NCBI RefSeq assembly: GCF_001194135.2
Contig: NC_068998.1
Coordinates: forward strand, 49,128,510-49,192,509
Direction: 5' to 3'
DNA length: 64,000 nucleotides
DNA from: Octopus bimaculoides
Lineage: Eukaryota
Part shown: positions 1 through 14,135 of the stretch, piece by piece
Position numbering within the stretch: position 1 is the stretch's first letter
Layout: each line of letters begins with the position of its first letter
Program-made: the position numbers and the translations under genes
Notes under the pieces: model-generated
Told to the model about the DNA's origin: nothing
Databases searched by the model: none
Seen by the model: the letters and a program-made list of their open reading frames with translations, nothing else

Positions 1-484
1 TCCATCTCAAGTATACTTGGAGAATCAAAATAGCATATAGAGAAACACTTGACACAAATAGTCTGGTTCAATTGCCACAACACCGTATTCTACTAAAGTG
101 CAAATAAATGTCTTGCGAAGGTAGATGCCTACTGAGCACAAGGAAATTAAACAGAATTGGAAAAGTACATTAACATTGTACCAATACGATTGTATTACAT
201 AGTTTCAAGTCTTGCCATGTTTTCGATAATATGAAAAATAGAAATGCATTTTTACCTGCTGTATTTGTTAATGTTTGGAATGGTTTTCTTAGTCGTAATA
301 TTTATTCGAAGTCTTAATATATATATTGCATTATGTATGTTCTGTTTTGTTTCCCAATATTGAAAATGTTTAGTTATACTGAGATGTTGCATATGAAAGC
401 ATATTTCGGTATATTTGCATATGGACGTATTTATAGTTATGTATCATTGCGAATTCTAAATATTTATTTTGCATACGTTTTTAC

Positions 485-488
485 ATAC

Positions 489-567
<79 letters not shown>

Positions 568-689
568 TGTGTGTGCGTGTTTATTTACATAGACACCAAT
601 ATGTGCATAGGTTGTTCTTTTTGTATGTATGCAAATGCATGCAGAAACGCTCGCTTATATACATGCGCTTTCATAATATGCATATATAT

Positions 690-720
<31 letters not shown>

Positions 721-727
721 CATACAT

Positions 728-758
<31 letters not shown>

Positions 759-805
759 CACGCACACACACACATATATATCTATATATGTCTGTTTTTA
801 TGCGT

Positions 806-887
<82 letters not shown>

Positions 888-1090
888 TTATATATACATA
901 CATATATATACATATATACATGCACATGTATTTAGATATATGTATGTGTGCGTATATGTATATATGAATACATAGATGTGCGTATATAAGTATATATATT
1001 CACTCCCACTCATACACACAGATGAACACTCACACACGCACATACATGTACATACATACAAACACAGACAACCACACACACACACATGCA
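485..1090. repeat. Compound (TA)n/(TG)n/(CA)n/(TACA)n microsatellite field
   Basis: Direct inspection. Confidence 0.95.
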
Positions 1091-1391
1091 TAATTGATAA
1101 TGCGTAGTGCTGACCTGTTACAATTGAAAAAAAATATCACCGGTTTACATTCTTAACTGTTTCCTATAAATATTTATCTCAATAAATCTCTCCTTAATTT
1201 TGTTAACTTCGCACATTTAGCATTTTTGCTTCCATCTGATTGAAATCAGCTGCCAGTTCGTACACACACACATCTCTAATGTTAGCAATAAAATTTTCGA
1301 TATATCCAAATCGTTACTCAAAAATATATATTTTTCTTCAATTACTTTAAATGATGATATTTTCAAATAACTTTCTTTCAACGAAGATATA

Positions 1392-1469
1392 CGTATGTTG
1401 GTGACAATCCGTATGTTGGTGACAATCCGTATGTTGGTGACAATCCGTATGTTGGTGACAATCCGTATG
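1392..1469. repeat. 18-bp minisatellite, 4.3 perfect units
   Basis: (CGTATGTTGGTGACAATC)x4 plus CGTATG. Confidence 0.95.
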
Positions 1470-4400
1470 AAATACAACAAGCGTTTTGTATAATATATAA
1501 ATTAACATAGAAATATTATTTTATGATAATATTATATAAACAGCTATATACAAAAATATTTTGCTGTAATTGACGCATATTTTTACTAAGTGCTTTATGT
1601 AGTCTTGAGTAGACAAAGACATCGTTCTGGTCTCCGTTGAGGGTATGAATCATGGAGGAATGTGAATGATGGAGAATCATGTCTGAACCAGTTATAAACT
1701 CGTCCAAATTTTCATAAAACTAGTTTAGAGCAACGGCATATGGTGTCTCGTTCAATGACAAAACGCTGCATTCAACGCAGATAGGAAACACTCTAATCAC
1801 AAGGTCACAAACCCTCAACATAAATGACAAAACAAATTACGATGTTATGACTTTAATTTTTAGTAACCGTATTGCTTGTGATACTAGAAGGACAAAGAGG
1901 TAACATGTACGCTGTAGATTATTTTCTTCTTATGCCTTGCATTCACGAAACAGGAAGTGAATCTCTCATAGTTAAATCCCATAATCCTATAAACGAAGTG
2001 AAAAATAGTCAGATTAATTCTTAATACAATGGGTTTCATTTAAACCACAGACTGGGACGGTAACCACCATAGGTTTTCTCCATCAGGACTGAACGAGATA
2101 TAAGCAAAACCTACAACAAAAAATATACACGAAACAACAACAACATGTTGCCTTAGAAAGGATTTGAACACACATATATGCTTAACGAGAATTCGCTTTT
2201 ATTTTCAAACTAAACATTTTATCATATAATTTATTTTGTTTAACCTACAACCCGCAGCATACATTGTTTGTACATTTATGTAAGCTTGATACTATGTAAA
2301 TGTGTGTGTGTATATGAGACGATATTTCGGCTTAGCTGAAAATATATATCTTTAATGTCTGAAAGAAATACTTCTTAATCGAAATCCATTTTGACTTGCT
2401 GCTAATACTTTCTTATCACATTCCTTTCGTGATCTCAATGAGTGTTTTAAGCATCTTTTTAAAACATTATCGATTATTCAGTAATATCGATATACCAAAA
2501 AAGGCCAGTTGGTGCTGCGCTTTCAAAGCTTCCTGTATGGGATGCTATTTTCCTCTTCGCAAATATTAAGTGCTTTTTCAATATATTGCCGTAAGCGTAA
2601 TAGCCAAATCTATTGGAAAGAAAAAGGTTAATAAATTTAAGTTTCTCTGTAAATGATAAAATTGTAATGAAAAGAATCATATATTTATATAAAAGTTGTT
2701 TGGCTGTTTGTTTACGTCTTCGTTTGTTTCTTTTTATTGTTCGTTTGTACGAGTAAAGTTGTTTGCTTCTAAGAAATGCAGACATTTTCAAGAATGTAGC
2801 TATTGTTGAATCTTATAAATAACTCTATTTTCTATTTGTGCAAGGAATTACTGCTGCTAATAAGAAAGAAAAGATCCATAATAGACCAACCAACACGATT
2901 AACGGCGAATCAGATTCTGTGGAGAACTTTGATTGGTTTTGGTTTTGAGAGACACAGAAAATAAAAAAGAAAAAGGGAGAGTGAAAGAGAAACAAAGTAG
3001 TTTAACTGCTGCTGCTGCTGCAGCAGCGATCGAAGGTAATAATTCTTGCATTCAATGGTGGCACTCTGCTATGTGTAATGGGTATGACAGAGTCATTAGT
3101 TCAACAACAGCTGATGTTATGACATACAATTGAAAAGTGGTAATCGTAGAAACAATTTGATACTACTACTACTACTACTACCACTACTACTACTATTTTT
3201 AGTTGGTGTACAGATTTCTTGGTGCATCGGACAAATGGGCTCGTGGTCTCTCTTACGGGTCAATATGCTCCCAGTTCAATTCCTGATGGTTTAGCTACGT
3301 CTTTCATCTTTTCAGGGTCAATAGTGTACTGGACAGGTCCTTTGATTATTGCATTCTACTTACGACTTTCTAAATTATTTTGCATAATTTCGTAACCTTT
3401 GTTCTATATTATATTTCCAGATGTCGGCTTTCAATCTGGTTGTCTATGTCTAGTTTTGGATGCCCCTTCTTATTATTTCTGTATGTGACAGCCTGGTCTT
3501 TCTTGTTTCGGTTTGTTTGTTTTATATTTAGTTTATTTACTTACTTGCCACCGAAAAAAAATATATCTCTTAATTTTTTTCTATAAACTACGAGGTTGTT
3601 TTCACAGTCTGCTATACATGATATTTCTGATACCGTGAATTTACGGGTACCCGTTTACAAGTTACTTCTTTATATCAGAGTATTGTGGTTTACGATAAAA
3701 TATTTTAGCTGCGGTTGTTTTGTCTTTGGATTTATCTTTCTTTTATCATTTATACTTTATTGGCTTCAGCTAGAGGCTGAAACAATGCAATCTAGAGTTT
3801 CGGCGTAGTTGTGTCTCTCTTCTGTATTAGTTCTGGTGAAGTAGCGAGTTGGATGGAGGTGTCCTTTATATCTCCTACCATGATGTATATATCTTTGCCT
3901 AACATATTTTCGAATTCAACAAACTGTGTACAATAAAATACTGAGATAAGTTTTCATTTTCTCTCATACAATATCCAGCTCCAAAATATGTTCCTGTAGC
4001 AATCTTAGAAATCTGTATTGTTACGAAAAAATGAAATTACTTTCAATTGTATAAAATTCATGAATAATTATCATCTAACACATATATACAATCCACAATT
4101 GTGGTAATTCTCGCTATTCTTTCCCAAAGAAATTCCATATACAATTAGAAATAAATATGCTCAGCCTAAAGGAAATTTAATTAGATCTTCAGAAATAATA
4201 TTTATTTAGAAGCGCACATAATTTCATAATGGAACGTATGTTTTCAGCTGGAAAACGTATACAATGAACTAAAATTAATTCTTCTTGTATGAAAGAAAAT
4301 TACATATGTGAGTAAAATGTTATATTTCTACACTACTAATTTACTAGTATATAACTGCCTGTCATTCTCACTCTATTGAAAGCAAACATATCAGAATATC

Positions 4401-5521
4401 TGTTTATAAGCATATTTTTTTTATATTGCTTAATAATTTTCTGTCATTAAATTCTTTCCATAAAGACGGAACGTGTCTCCAAACAAGAGGCAATGGCCTC
4501 ATCTCGGAATATAGCTAAAAACAATCATACAAAGTATCATCAAAAACGTCAGAATCATCGTATTGCATATTTTCATTATTCATAAGAAAATGAATTTTGC
4601 AGTATAGAATTTATACGGTCAGTTTCTTGTTTTAAAAGCCCAGACGTTTCAGATAAGTAATTAAGCTCTTAAATAGTAGAGATAAATTAATGAAACGGTA
4701 TAGTACCAATGTAAATGTATACCCCAAGTAGCACAATGGTACACCTGAAGATGGGTAGCTTTAAAACACACTTTCGTTTTAGAAATTTTTCAGAAAATTC
4801 TTTATGTTCACTGAAAGGATGAATCCAAGATTACATAGCTTTTCCGTTTGCTTATCAGCGCAGTGTAAAAGAACAGAAAACAACGTGGTCGCGAAGCGGT
4901 CTTCTTAACAACGACGTTTTGTCAAAGGGCCGCATAACATCAATTACAGAGAACTCTATCAATAACAGTTACGTTATAGGCTGGTGAAATATTATCATTG
5001 AGTTCCTTTTCTTCAATTTCCTAGTCTCTTAATAAGCCATTTGTTCTTGCTGCCCTTGCCTGGTCAACTAACAATTGCACATCTATTTTGAAGAATCCTA
5101 ATTCAGCCCCCTGTATATAACATCCCTTATTACACAGACACAGTCACACACACACGGACTCAGTCAGACACACTCATATACAGACATGCATATTAAGAAC
5201 ACATAAACGAGTTGCACATACAATTTAAATAGGGTACTTAAGTTTATTTACAAACTGTGTATGAATTTCCCTCGTCAGTTTGCTAAAAGAATCAAATTTT
5301 TGCAGCCAGCTGCATTATCCGAAACAGCTGTAAAGATGAAACTAAAATATGTCGTGTAAACAATATGAGTCTTTTGATGTAAATACATTCCTTAATTCTG
5401 ATTTTCATTTGTCTTTTCCACTCGACTAAGAGTGGATGTTCTCGCAATCGGCATTCTACCTCATCATTACCGATCCCTGGTGAAGAATTCGAATCTTAAC
5501 TTTCGGATTTTTCTGACTCAT

Positions 5522-5552
<31 letters not shown>

Positions 5553-6000
5553 CACGCACACACACATGTCTGTATATATGTATGCGTATGAGTTTCTAGG
5601 TTTGTGTGTGTACGTGCAAGTGTGTTTGTGTGACGGTGTATACACAAAACAAATCATTGCAGGAGAGTATCATAGCTTTTTCTCTCCCCAGACACAATAA
5701 CATATATTTGTAATATTTCAGACAGATTTCGTTAACAAACTATGGTTAAGAGCATTATTATTTATAGAGTGTAAATTACAAAATTCAAATTTACTTTTCA
5801 TCTTCAGAAACAAGTAATTTTAATGATTAATATCACGTTCAGTTTTAGATTAGTGATTGTGTTGCCACAAATAACGTGTATATATGCGCATGTGTGTGTA
5901 TGTATTTATATATGCATCTATACATACTACACTTAATGCTTTTGTGTGTCTGTATGCGTGTGTGGATGGGTGTGGGTGTCTGTATGTGTGTGAGTATGTG

Positions 6001-6345
6001 AAGGCGCATAGTTCAGTGGTTAGAGCGGTGGGCTCACAATCCTGAAGTAGTGTGTTTGTTTCCCTTACCAGACTGTGTGTTGTGTTCTGGAGCAAGGCAA
6101 TGTATTTCACGTTGCTCCGGTTCATTGAACAGTAGAAATGAGTTGCGACGTCACTGGCGCCATGCTGTATCGGTCTTTGCCTTTCCCTTGGAGGAGCATC
6201 GGTGACATGGAGTGGAGAGGCTGTTATGCATGGGTGACTGCTGGTCTTCCACAAACAACCCTTCCGCGATTTGTGCCTCAGAGAGGGAACTTTATGAATG
6301 CAATGTCATGGTCATTCATGACCGAAGGGGTTCTTTACTCTGTAC
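6001..6345 (+). mobile_element. tRNA-derived SINE
   Basis: A-box-like tagttcagtggttagagc head with a decayed B box; its 3' part recurs at 46915-47030. Confidence 0.65.
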
Positions 6346-7929
6346 ACATAAAAGTCAAGGTAGAAAATACCCCCACAAAAAGCGCTAGTTCATTATATAA
6401 GGATGTTATATAACGGCTTCAGTTTCATTAAATTTTCATCTACAAGAAAAGCAATTAGTTCAGTGATCAAGAGCGTTGATAAAAACAGAATAGAGCAATA
6501 TTTTAGTAAACGATCGCAAAAATACAAAGGAAACAACAACGGAAGCTAGAAATTCACAAGCCATCTCTGTTAACAATATCTCATTACAAAAGTAATTTTA
6601 TTTCAGATAAAACAAAATAATCAGTTGTAAATGAGGTGAGAATTATTCTCTTTTCTATAACGTAGAGTTAACGGCATAAATTTACAGCCTTTGTATCAAC
6701 GCTAAGTAAAAATAAACAACACTGAAAAACAGGGTTGAGTACTATTTCAGGGATAAGACCTAATGTAAGAAATACAACAGACGATGTTGTTGATATCTTA
6801 GTGATGGGCAGAATTTATTCAAATCATCAACAACTTACAAGCTGGTTGTAATAATAACTATTAAAGTGAATATGCAATCACACATGATTTACAGTAAGAA
6901 GTTAAAGGAATGTTGCGGTGTTCGCGTGTGCTCCTTATATATTTAGTTGACAAAAAGTCCGTTCGGTTTTTGTCGACTCTAGACTTAAAATACGGCTTGC
7001 AGATAAGCAACAGAGAAAAAAGCTCGATGTGCTTTTGAAACCGGACATCACTGAAATGCTAGATAAAAAAAAAAAAAAAATTAACACATACACCTTACTT
7101 CTTGTTACATCATAAACAAACATGTTCATGTATGATATTGATCTTTCTTCTACTTCAGTTATTACATAGTTTTCCATCCCCAAAATACAGACATACAGGA
7201 GGAGTAAATTATACGTATGATAATACATTCAATGTGGCTCCCGATAAACAGTAAAAAGTAATTTACCCGATCAACGACGGAATTTACTGGTAGTATACAT
7301 ACATACATACATACATACATGCATACATACATACATACGTACATATATNNNNNNNNNNNNNNTATATATATATATATTTATATATTTATGTATGTTTAAA
7401 TATATATACGCACATATACCTATTTATATATGTGTGTGTGTATGCGTGTGTGAATCTGCGTCTGTAACACGGTTTTCTGCACGTGTGAGTGTGTGTGTGA
7501 GCATGAATTTCTTGGAGACTTTATACGCTTGTGGCTATACATAGGCAAAAATGCGTGTTTCATTATATGATAATAATTCCCACGCATACCTACAATCGTA
7601 ATCGCTTACAATTTTGTGTGTTTGTATGTTGCTGTGATCCCTTTGTACGGATGATCAATAGTAGAATCTGTATTCCTTGGGAATAATTGGAAGCAACAAT
7701 GTAGGAAGGATATTGCAGCACCAAACAAATAATGGAATTTCTCTATGAAATATCTACAAGCTAATTCGAAACACTAGTGTGGGCGATAATTTGCTTCATT
7801 ATATTCATCCTATTGAAAATGTTGACAGGTGATAGATTTAGCATGCTGTGTCGCAATTTATACCTATTTACAAGTATTGGAAGAGGGAGATTAGCGAGAA
7901 ACCAATTTAAGGACGCAGAAGAAATAATA

Positions 7930-7931
7930 TG

Positions 7932-8017
<86 letters not shown>

Positions 8018-8137
8018 GTGTGTGTGTGTGTGTTTGTGTGTGTGCGTGTGTGTTCATATATGTATATATATTTATGCAAGTATATATGTATATATATATA
8101 TATATATATATAAATACATGCACATACCTGTATGTTC

Positions 8138-8200
<63 letters not shown>

Positions 8201-8320
8201 GTATGTGTGTATATGTGTCTGTATGTGTATGTATTATATATATGTGTGTATGTGTGCATATATATAGTACATACACACACCACATACGCACACTCACATG
8301 TGCACACACATATCCACGTA
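7930..8320. repeat. (TATC)n followed by TG/TA/CA microsatellites
   Basis: Direct inspection. Confidence 0.95.
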
Positions 8321-9503
8321 TACATATATATTGTAAATGTTGCTACGATGTTTTACACATAATATTTTTGCATTCTTCAATAAAACCTCTCCGAGAGAGA
8401 ATTCATCTCTGTTTGTTCCGATATTTTATCCAATCACGTCACATTTCTCAACAGAAACGTATGTGGTCTACAATTAATGTTAGAAATCATTACCTCTGTG
8501 GGTGAACGATGAGTGATGCTATTAATTTGACATTAAGGTCTTGCTGTACTTCGACGTTGTGCGCTGCAACGAGTGTTTACTTCTCGTACCGTTATATCGC
8601 GGTCACTGAATTGTTAATACAACCACCCCTACACACACGCACGCACACACACACACACAAACACTCATACACACACACAAATCCAATTCCATTTGAAAGA
8701 GATGAATTGTCTTTTGTTTTTCCGTTGCTCTAATACACTTCTTTCTTCTCACTTTGAGATTCTATCCCCCATTTAAATCATTGTCTCCCAGGTTTTTTCC
8801 TCTCTTTTTGTCTCTTACGATTTCTATATCAATCATATGTAGCATCAATCTCTTTCAAAACTCATATCATTCTTTACTTTGTATCCTCAAGGACAAAGAG
8901 AACAAAATAATAATATCTACTGTCTCTCTCTCAAACTAGGAAATTTCCTCCTAACTCCATATAACCCAAAGAAATGTTAAACATTACAGGTTAAACCGCT
9001 TATCTGCCATGCGATAGAACAGAAAAAAAAACAGCATCGTAGAATAAATCAATATTTATATCCTGGTTACAAAACCTCTCACTATTTCTGTCAAATATAC
9101 ATGTTGCAAATGCAACCTGCATGTACTGCGTTTTTTCCAAACTTATGAGAACAACGATAGTGTAAACGACATGTCTGAAAATAAGATGTATATACAAAGC
9201 AAATACCAGATGTAATTTAGATATTTTTGTAGTTTTAGAAAATAAAATATCAAGATATTAAATATCAAGATATTAAATATTCGAAACTTTAATATTTATT
9301 GTCTTTTGTAGTTGATTTTCCATACACGCATGGGTGTAAGTTTAAACGTCAATGTTTTCTGATTATATTCTGTAATGCTGAGTAAAGTTAGATGTTACTT
9401 TTGTTTCTCTGGCGATATAAAATTCTGTATCATAGAACTAATTTCACTCTCCGTAAAATGTGTGTGTGGTTTGTCAGATAAACAACCTTAAATACTGCTC
9501 GAA

Positions 9504-9547
<44 letters not shown>

Positions 9548-11106
9548 TATAAACATCTAAGTAATTGTACTCTGTCATTGGGATGAAATCGAATACATTG
9601 TGTCCTTATAAGAGGCAGATATCTATTTTATAACGATTAAAATACAGAAAGATAACTATATGAGGATTTGTAATTAGAACGTTGATCCTCCGTCAATACA
9701 ATGTGCTCAGTGCTACATCGATTCGGTCAGCTACCATGCCTGTAACTTGTTAAAATATACGGCTGACCTACTTAAAAATGCTATTGGATTTTGCTGTAGA
9801 TAACATTTGATACAATGTAACACGCTACTTGCCAAGAAATTCTTCCATAAAGCTGAGAAGTAGCAAAATCATTTCTTACTTCTCAGATGAAATGGCCATT
9901 CAATATTTCATCTTAATTTTGAATTTGAAACAGATACGTATGTTCTGTTGAATTACTGGGTAAATGTTCAAATCGATAACTGAAAATTTATAACTATACT
10001 CCTGCAATAAGTATATTTAGCTATTGTAGTATTATTAGCATTGGTATTCTGTCATAATACATTATTTTATGGATCTGAGTTTAATTACATATAAATATAT
10101 CTGCCAAAAATTCTGCGAATTTACGATAGCTCTACGACAGCGCTAACACTCAGGGATGAAACGAAATTGTAGTGTGCATTTCAATATTCTTGATGTGACA
10201 CAGTATGTTATTACTTCTGCTTGTATCGAACGTTATTTTTGGAATTTGCACACACAGAATTAAATACCGTACAGAGCATTTGAGATACTAGTATAAGTAG
10301 AGAACAACTGGCGATTGTAGCATTGACTGAAGAGGCATAACAAGGGCGAAGCACCAGTGTCTTAAGGTCTTGTCTCAAATCCCTCCACGTCACTGAATCG
10401 AATATGTTTTCAACATGCATTGATCGAATGGAGACGTTGTTTTTATAAGATTAAATAATATAAGAGCGAATAACTACGTTCAACCCTGATGGAACGCATT
10501 ACGAATGGATATAAATACCATTCTGTAGGTGTGTGTGTGTGCGTGCATGCATATATATATATATATACATACACACATACATACGTAATTGCATTGGAAC
10601 CCACTTATGCAAACTATTTGTATGTAAATAATGACTATCATTTTGAACATATTTCTCATCATGACTGTTATGGTAACGTCATTATCTTGAATTTTCTAAA
10701 CTCCCTTAATGTATTAGTCAAACATTGTGCTGTATACTGAATGTATGCAGCTTGTCATCATATTTTCGATAAAATATAATTAATACGAAGGTTTAATGAG
10801 TGTAGCTTTATATGAGCATGCTGAATTTTTTACGATTTTTGCCTTTCTTATTTTATGTTAAGAATTCATACTCTAGAAGCGTTGATATTACATTCTATTG
10901 AAAAGAATAACTGGCAAAATGTTCTGATATTTAGCCATTCCCTTTATGATACAAGTGCATGTCCCGCCAAGCTTATATTATGAATCTATAAAATATCAAC
11001 AATGCAAGTATTGGTGTCCATATATTATATCTGGACAATAATAATCCAAATAAAATATAAACAAGCCAACGTACGACACATATTAGTAAGTTGGTAGTAG
11101 TAGCTT

Positions 11107-11179
<73 letters not shown>
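11107..11179. repeat. (GTA)n microsatellite
   Basis: Direct inspection. Confidence 0.95.
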
Positions 11180-12089
11180 TAATTGTTATAGCAGCAGGAT
11201 TTGTTCGCTCTCATTGTACATAGTTTTATGAATATGGATTCAACTGGATATGAAGCATTTGTTATCAAAGTTTCTGCGAATTTTACTTGGAATGTTAAGA
11301 TGGCAGCACAAGAAGTAACAAAGCTGTGATCTGCATTTCAATATTCTTCTATGTTTCTTATTTCTAAAAAAAAAAAATCTATGTATGACTGTTTGTGGTT
11401 ATATCGTGCTTGGTAGGTTGATATACAAATGCAGCTCGTAAATGTCTATGCGATGAAGGAATATTTATGAACACACAATTGACACACACACACATAGAGG
11501 AGCGCGTGCATATACACTCTCTCTCACACACATATGTATCATATCTGGCTTCACATACACCTTCTTCAACACTTTTCTTTTCAAGAGGAAAACAGTGGAT
11601 AAATCAAAATGGTTTTGAAAGGAAAATGTGGTACATAATATCACTGTCTTCCAAACTATATATTTCTTATCAAAGATTTTATGATTCTAGGTCGATGTCA
11701 CTACTCTGTAGCCGCAATATTATTTATAACATTTTCTAATAGCATTAAACTATCATTTTTTATCGCCGTTTGGCCACGTAACGCTAATGTAATATCTTTA
11801 CAATAAGGACGATAGCTAATAGAACACACAAACTTTACTCTGAAATTTACTGTACGCGTTTACGTATTTTCCACTATTGACAGCGAGAATCTTGCACATC
11901 GTTTACCTAAATCCACCCTGCATACCCGAGATAAACTGTCTCCATTTATGTACTACTTCTCCTTCAACTAATACTTATCGCTACATATACATCTATGCTA
12001 ACTATGTATTCCCCGCTTGTTGCTGCAAACTAACAAGAGCGATATTGCAGTTTGTGCACGATGCATTACATGCAAACGCTGAACTACAG

Positions 12090-12400
12090 TGCTAATACCT
12101 ATCTTCGCCAAATTCTTCCCCCTCTCACTCTCATTGTGATCAGATTCTATTACTCAATTCTATTACCCAATTCTCAAGAATTTTTTAATAGCTTTGCGAA
12201 CCATCCACCTGCAAATCTCGCTCCCAACATGACAAAAGTGATGAACATAGCAATAAATAATAAGCGTCTCCAAAATCTTGAATTTCTCTCGAATCTTCGC
12301 TCACTTATTCTGCCGTAAGATATACTTGAGATCACCTCTTCGATATTACTCATTAACGGACCATGGTATTTGTTTCGTAAAAATGACAACGTACCTGATA
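12090..12400 (-). mobile_element. Decayed RTE-like LINE 3' fragment
   Basis: Minus-strand HFCHVGSEICRWMVRKA resembles the WFGHV.R.....W.RK motif at RT C-termini. Confidence 0.4.
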
Positions 12401-12419
12401 ATCATCCAGGTCGCCAACG

Positions 12420-12620
12420 ATTTCAAATTTTGGCACAAGGCAATTTCGGGGGAGGGGTAAGTCGATTTCATGGAGCTCAGTACTCAACTGGTACTTATTT
12501 TAACGATCTGGAATGGACGAAAATCAAAGTCGACCTCGGAGGATTTTGAAATCAAAACGTAAAGACCGATGAAATACTGCATACTGCCCGGTGTGCTAAC
12601 GATTCTATCAACTCGCCATC
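12420..12620 (-). mobile_element. tRNA-derived SINE (abundant family, copy 1)
   Basis: Shares the aagtcgacctcgg/atttga and actggtacttatt blocks with the copies at 20.6-21.0, 50.1-50.6 and 61.3-62.0 kb. Confidence 0.7.
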
Positions 12621-13859
12621 TTAATAATAATAATAATAATAGTGGTAGTAGTAGTAGTAGTAGTAGTGTCTGTCATGTAACATCGAAAAATTAGCATATT
12701 TGTGATCGTCGTAGATTATATGTAGTATATGCAGTGGAAATCTAGTGAGAAATATTCGCAAAGAAATAATGAATGGATTATAAACAGTCTTTAAACATTG
12801 TAATATTTGCCATTTACCGTCAAGTGAGCATAGCTTTGAAGGAATTTGAAAGCAATGTTTTTTTTATCATCAGATTGTTATTTCCTGAAGAGAATACAGA
12901 TTGCGTTACTTTGATGTATGCAGATTTTTTTTTATCAAAGCATTCCTTAATGCCACCATTTACCGGCCGTTATAATAGAAAGCTAAAATACACAATTCTC
13001 TGTTTAGAGTTTTCAGTATAGAATATCTAATGGAATTTTGATTACACAAAAATTGTTCGACGCATCCTTGAAATTGCCACCAGTCACCAGACATCAACAC
13101 TGCTGAAAACAGAACCAAGAACTTAGGGAGTTCAGTATGTGTGTTTCTGTCACGTCTTATAAACCGCCGCACAGTTATAAACTTTAGGATTTGTTTGACG
13201 TGGCTGAACTGTCAAAGCTGCCATAGAAAATCGTATTCAATCTAATGTGACGAGAGTGAATAAAGATTCAAGCAGTGATGTATATAAGTTACTCATCAAG
13301 AGAAAACTTGAATCTGAATAGGAATATTTACAGATCGGTAATGGAATTTTATTCCAAGGGTGAAAAAAGTGGCGAAATAATATTTCTAGTTCTTTCGAAG
13401 TAACCTTTGCAATAAAAGGGTTGATTATATATTTTTTATTTATTTATAAAACCTGAATACTGCTATATTTACTCCATACAAATGAAATTATTCAATTCAT
13501 CTCATAAATTGCTGATGTTTTGGAAAAAATGTTCTTGCATAGAAATAGGCATTTAAAATTGCAGAATCAATAATTTGTATGCGAATGTGCAACAAAATAT
13601 TGGAATGTAATAATATCACTCAAATTGTTTCGTTCAAGATATTGAAAAGGTTTCTTCAATTTACAATAGCTTTTATAAAATGATGAACAAATGTAATATA
13701 TATATAAATAAATATGTATGTATGTAGGGTGTATTGGTTTACTGTAAGTTTATTTAACGGTGTGGAAGTTATAAATACTTTCGTGAAGACTTGGTGAAGC
13801 GGTTGGTAAAAGTATTTCGATAGTGAGAGACGAACTGAAGAAGAGAGAATATTATACGT

Positions 13860-14135
13860 AAGTCTGTTTCGACTGAGAAACTTAGTAATTTTGACTCTAT
13901 CATGTTTTAGAAGCTCAGTACGGATGGAATCTAATCCAGAGGATTTGCTATTCTTCACGGTCTTGATTGCTTCGCGTACGTCTCCCGTCTCCCTCTATTA
14001 TATCGCTGACGAGTACCTCTCTTTTATTGCTCTCATTTCCTATTCTATCAAATTTTGAAGTTGATGTAGTTTCTTTTGCACGGCCAACCTGTTGGCTTCT
14101 ATGCATTGAAGTATTCATCGAAGCGCTTCTAAATT
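13860..14135 (-). mobile_element. LINE reverse-transcriptase fragment (RTE/CR1-like)
   Basis: VREAIKTVKNSKSSGLDSIRTELLKH matches the pre-RT motif EV..AI..LK..KAPG.D.I..ELLK; RFDEYFN upstream. Confidence 0.65.

Noticed and set aside
333-1091. Long ORFs of 168-200 aa rich in YI/CV/HT
   Set aside because: They are translations of (TA)n, (TG)n and (CA)n microsatellites. The same applies to ORFs at 7929-8505, 15527-15949, 27054-27523, 28546-29006 and 47745-48121.
1392-1469. CRISPR-like array
   Set aside because: Direct repeats with no spacers, in a eukaryotic context with no cas genes.
2474-2791. 105-aa minus-strand ORF with a basic stretch
   Set aside because: No recognisable motif, AT-rich low-complexity codons and no supporting splice structure.
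6003-6065. tRNA-like sequence
   Set aside because: A box present but the B box and acceptor stem are decayed, and it continues into a repeat body; it is a SINE head, not a tRNA gene.
7765-7828. Signal-peptide-like stretch LVWAIICFIIFILLKMLT+G|gtgata
   Set aside because: No in-frame ATG before the hydrophobic run (stop just upstream) and no matching downstream exon found.
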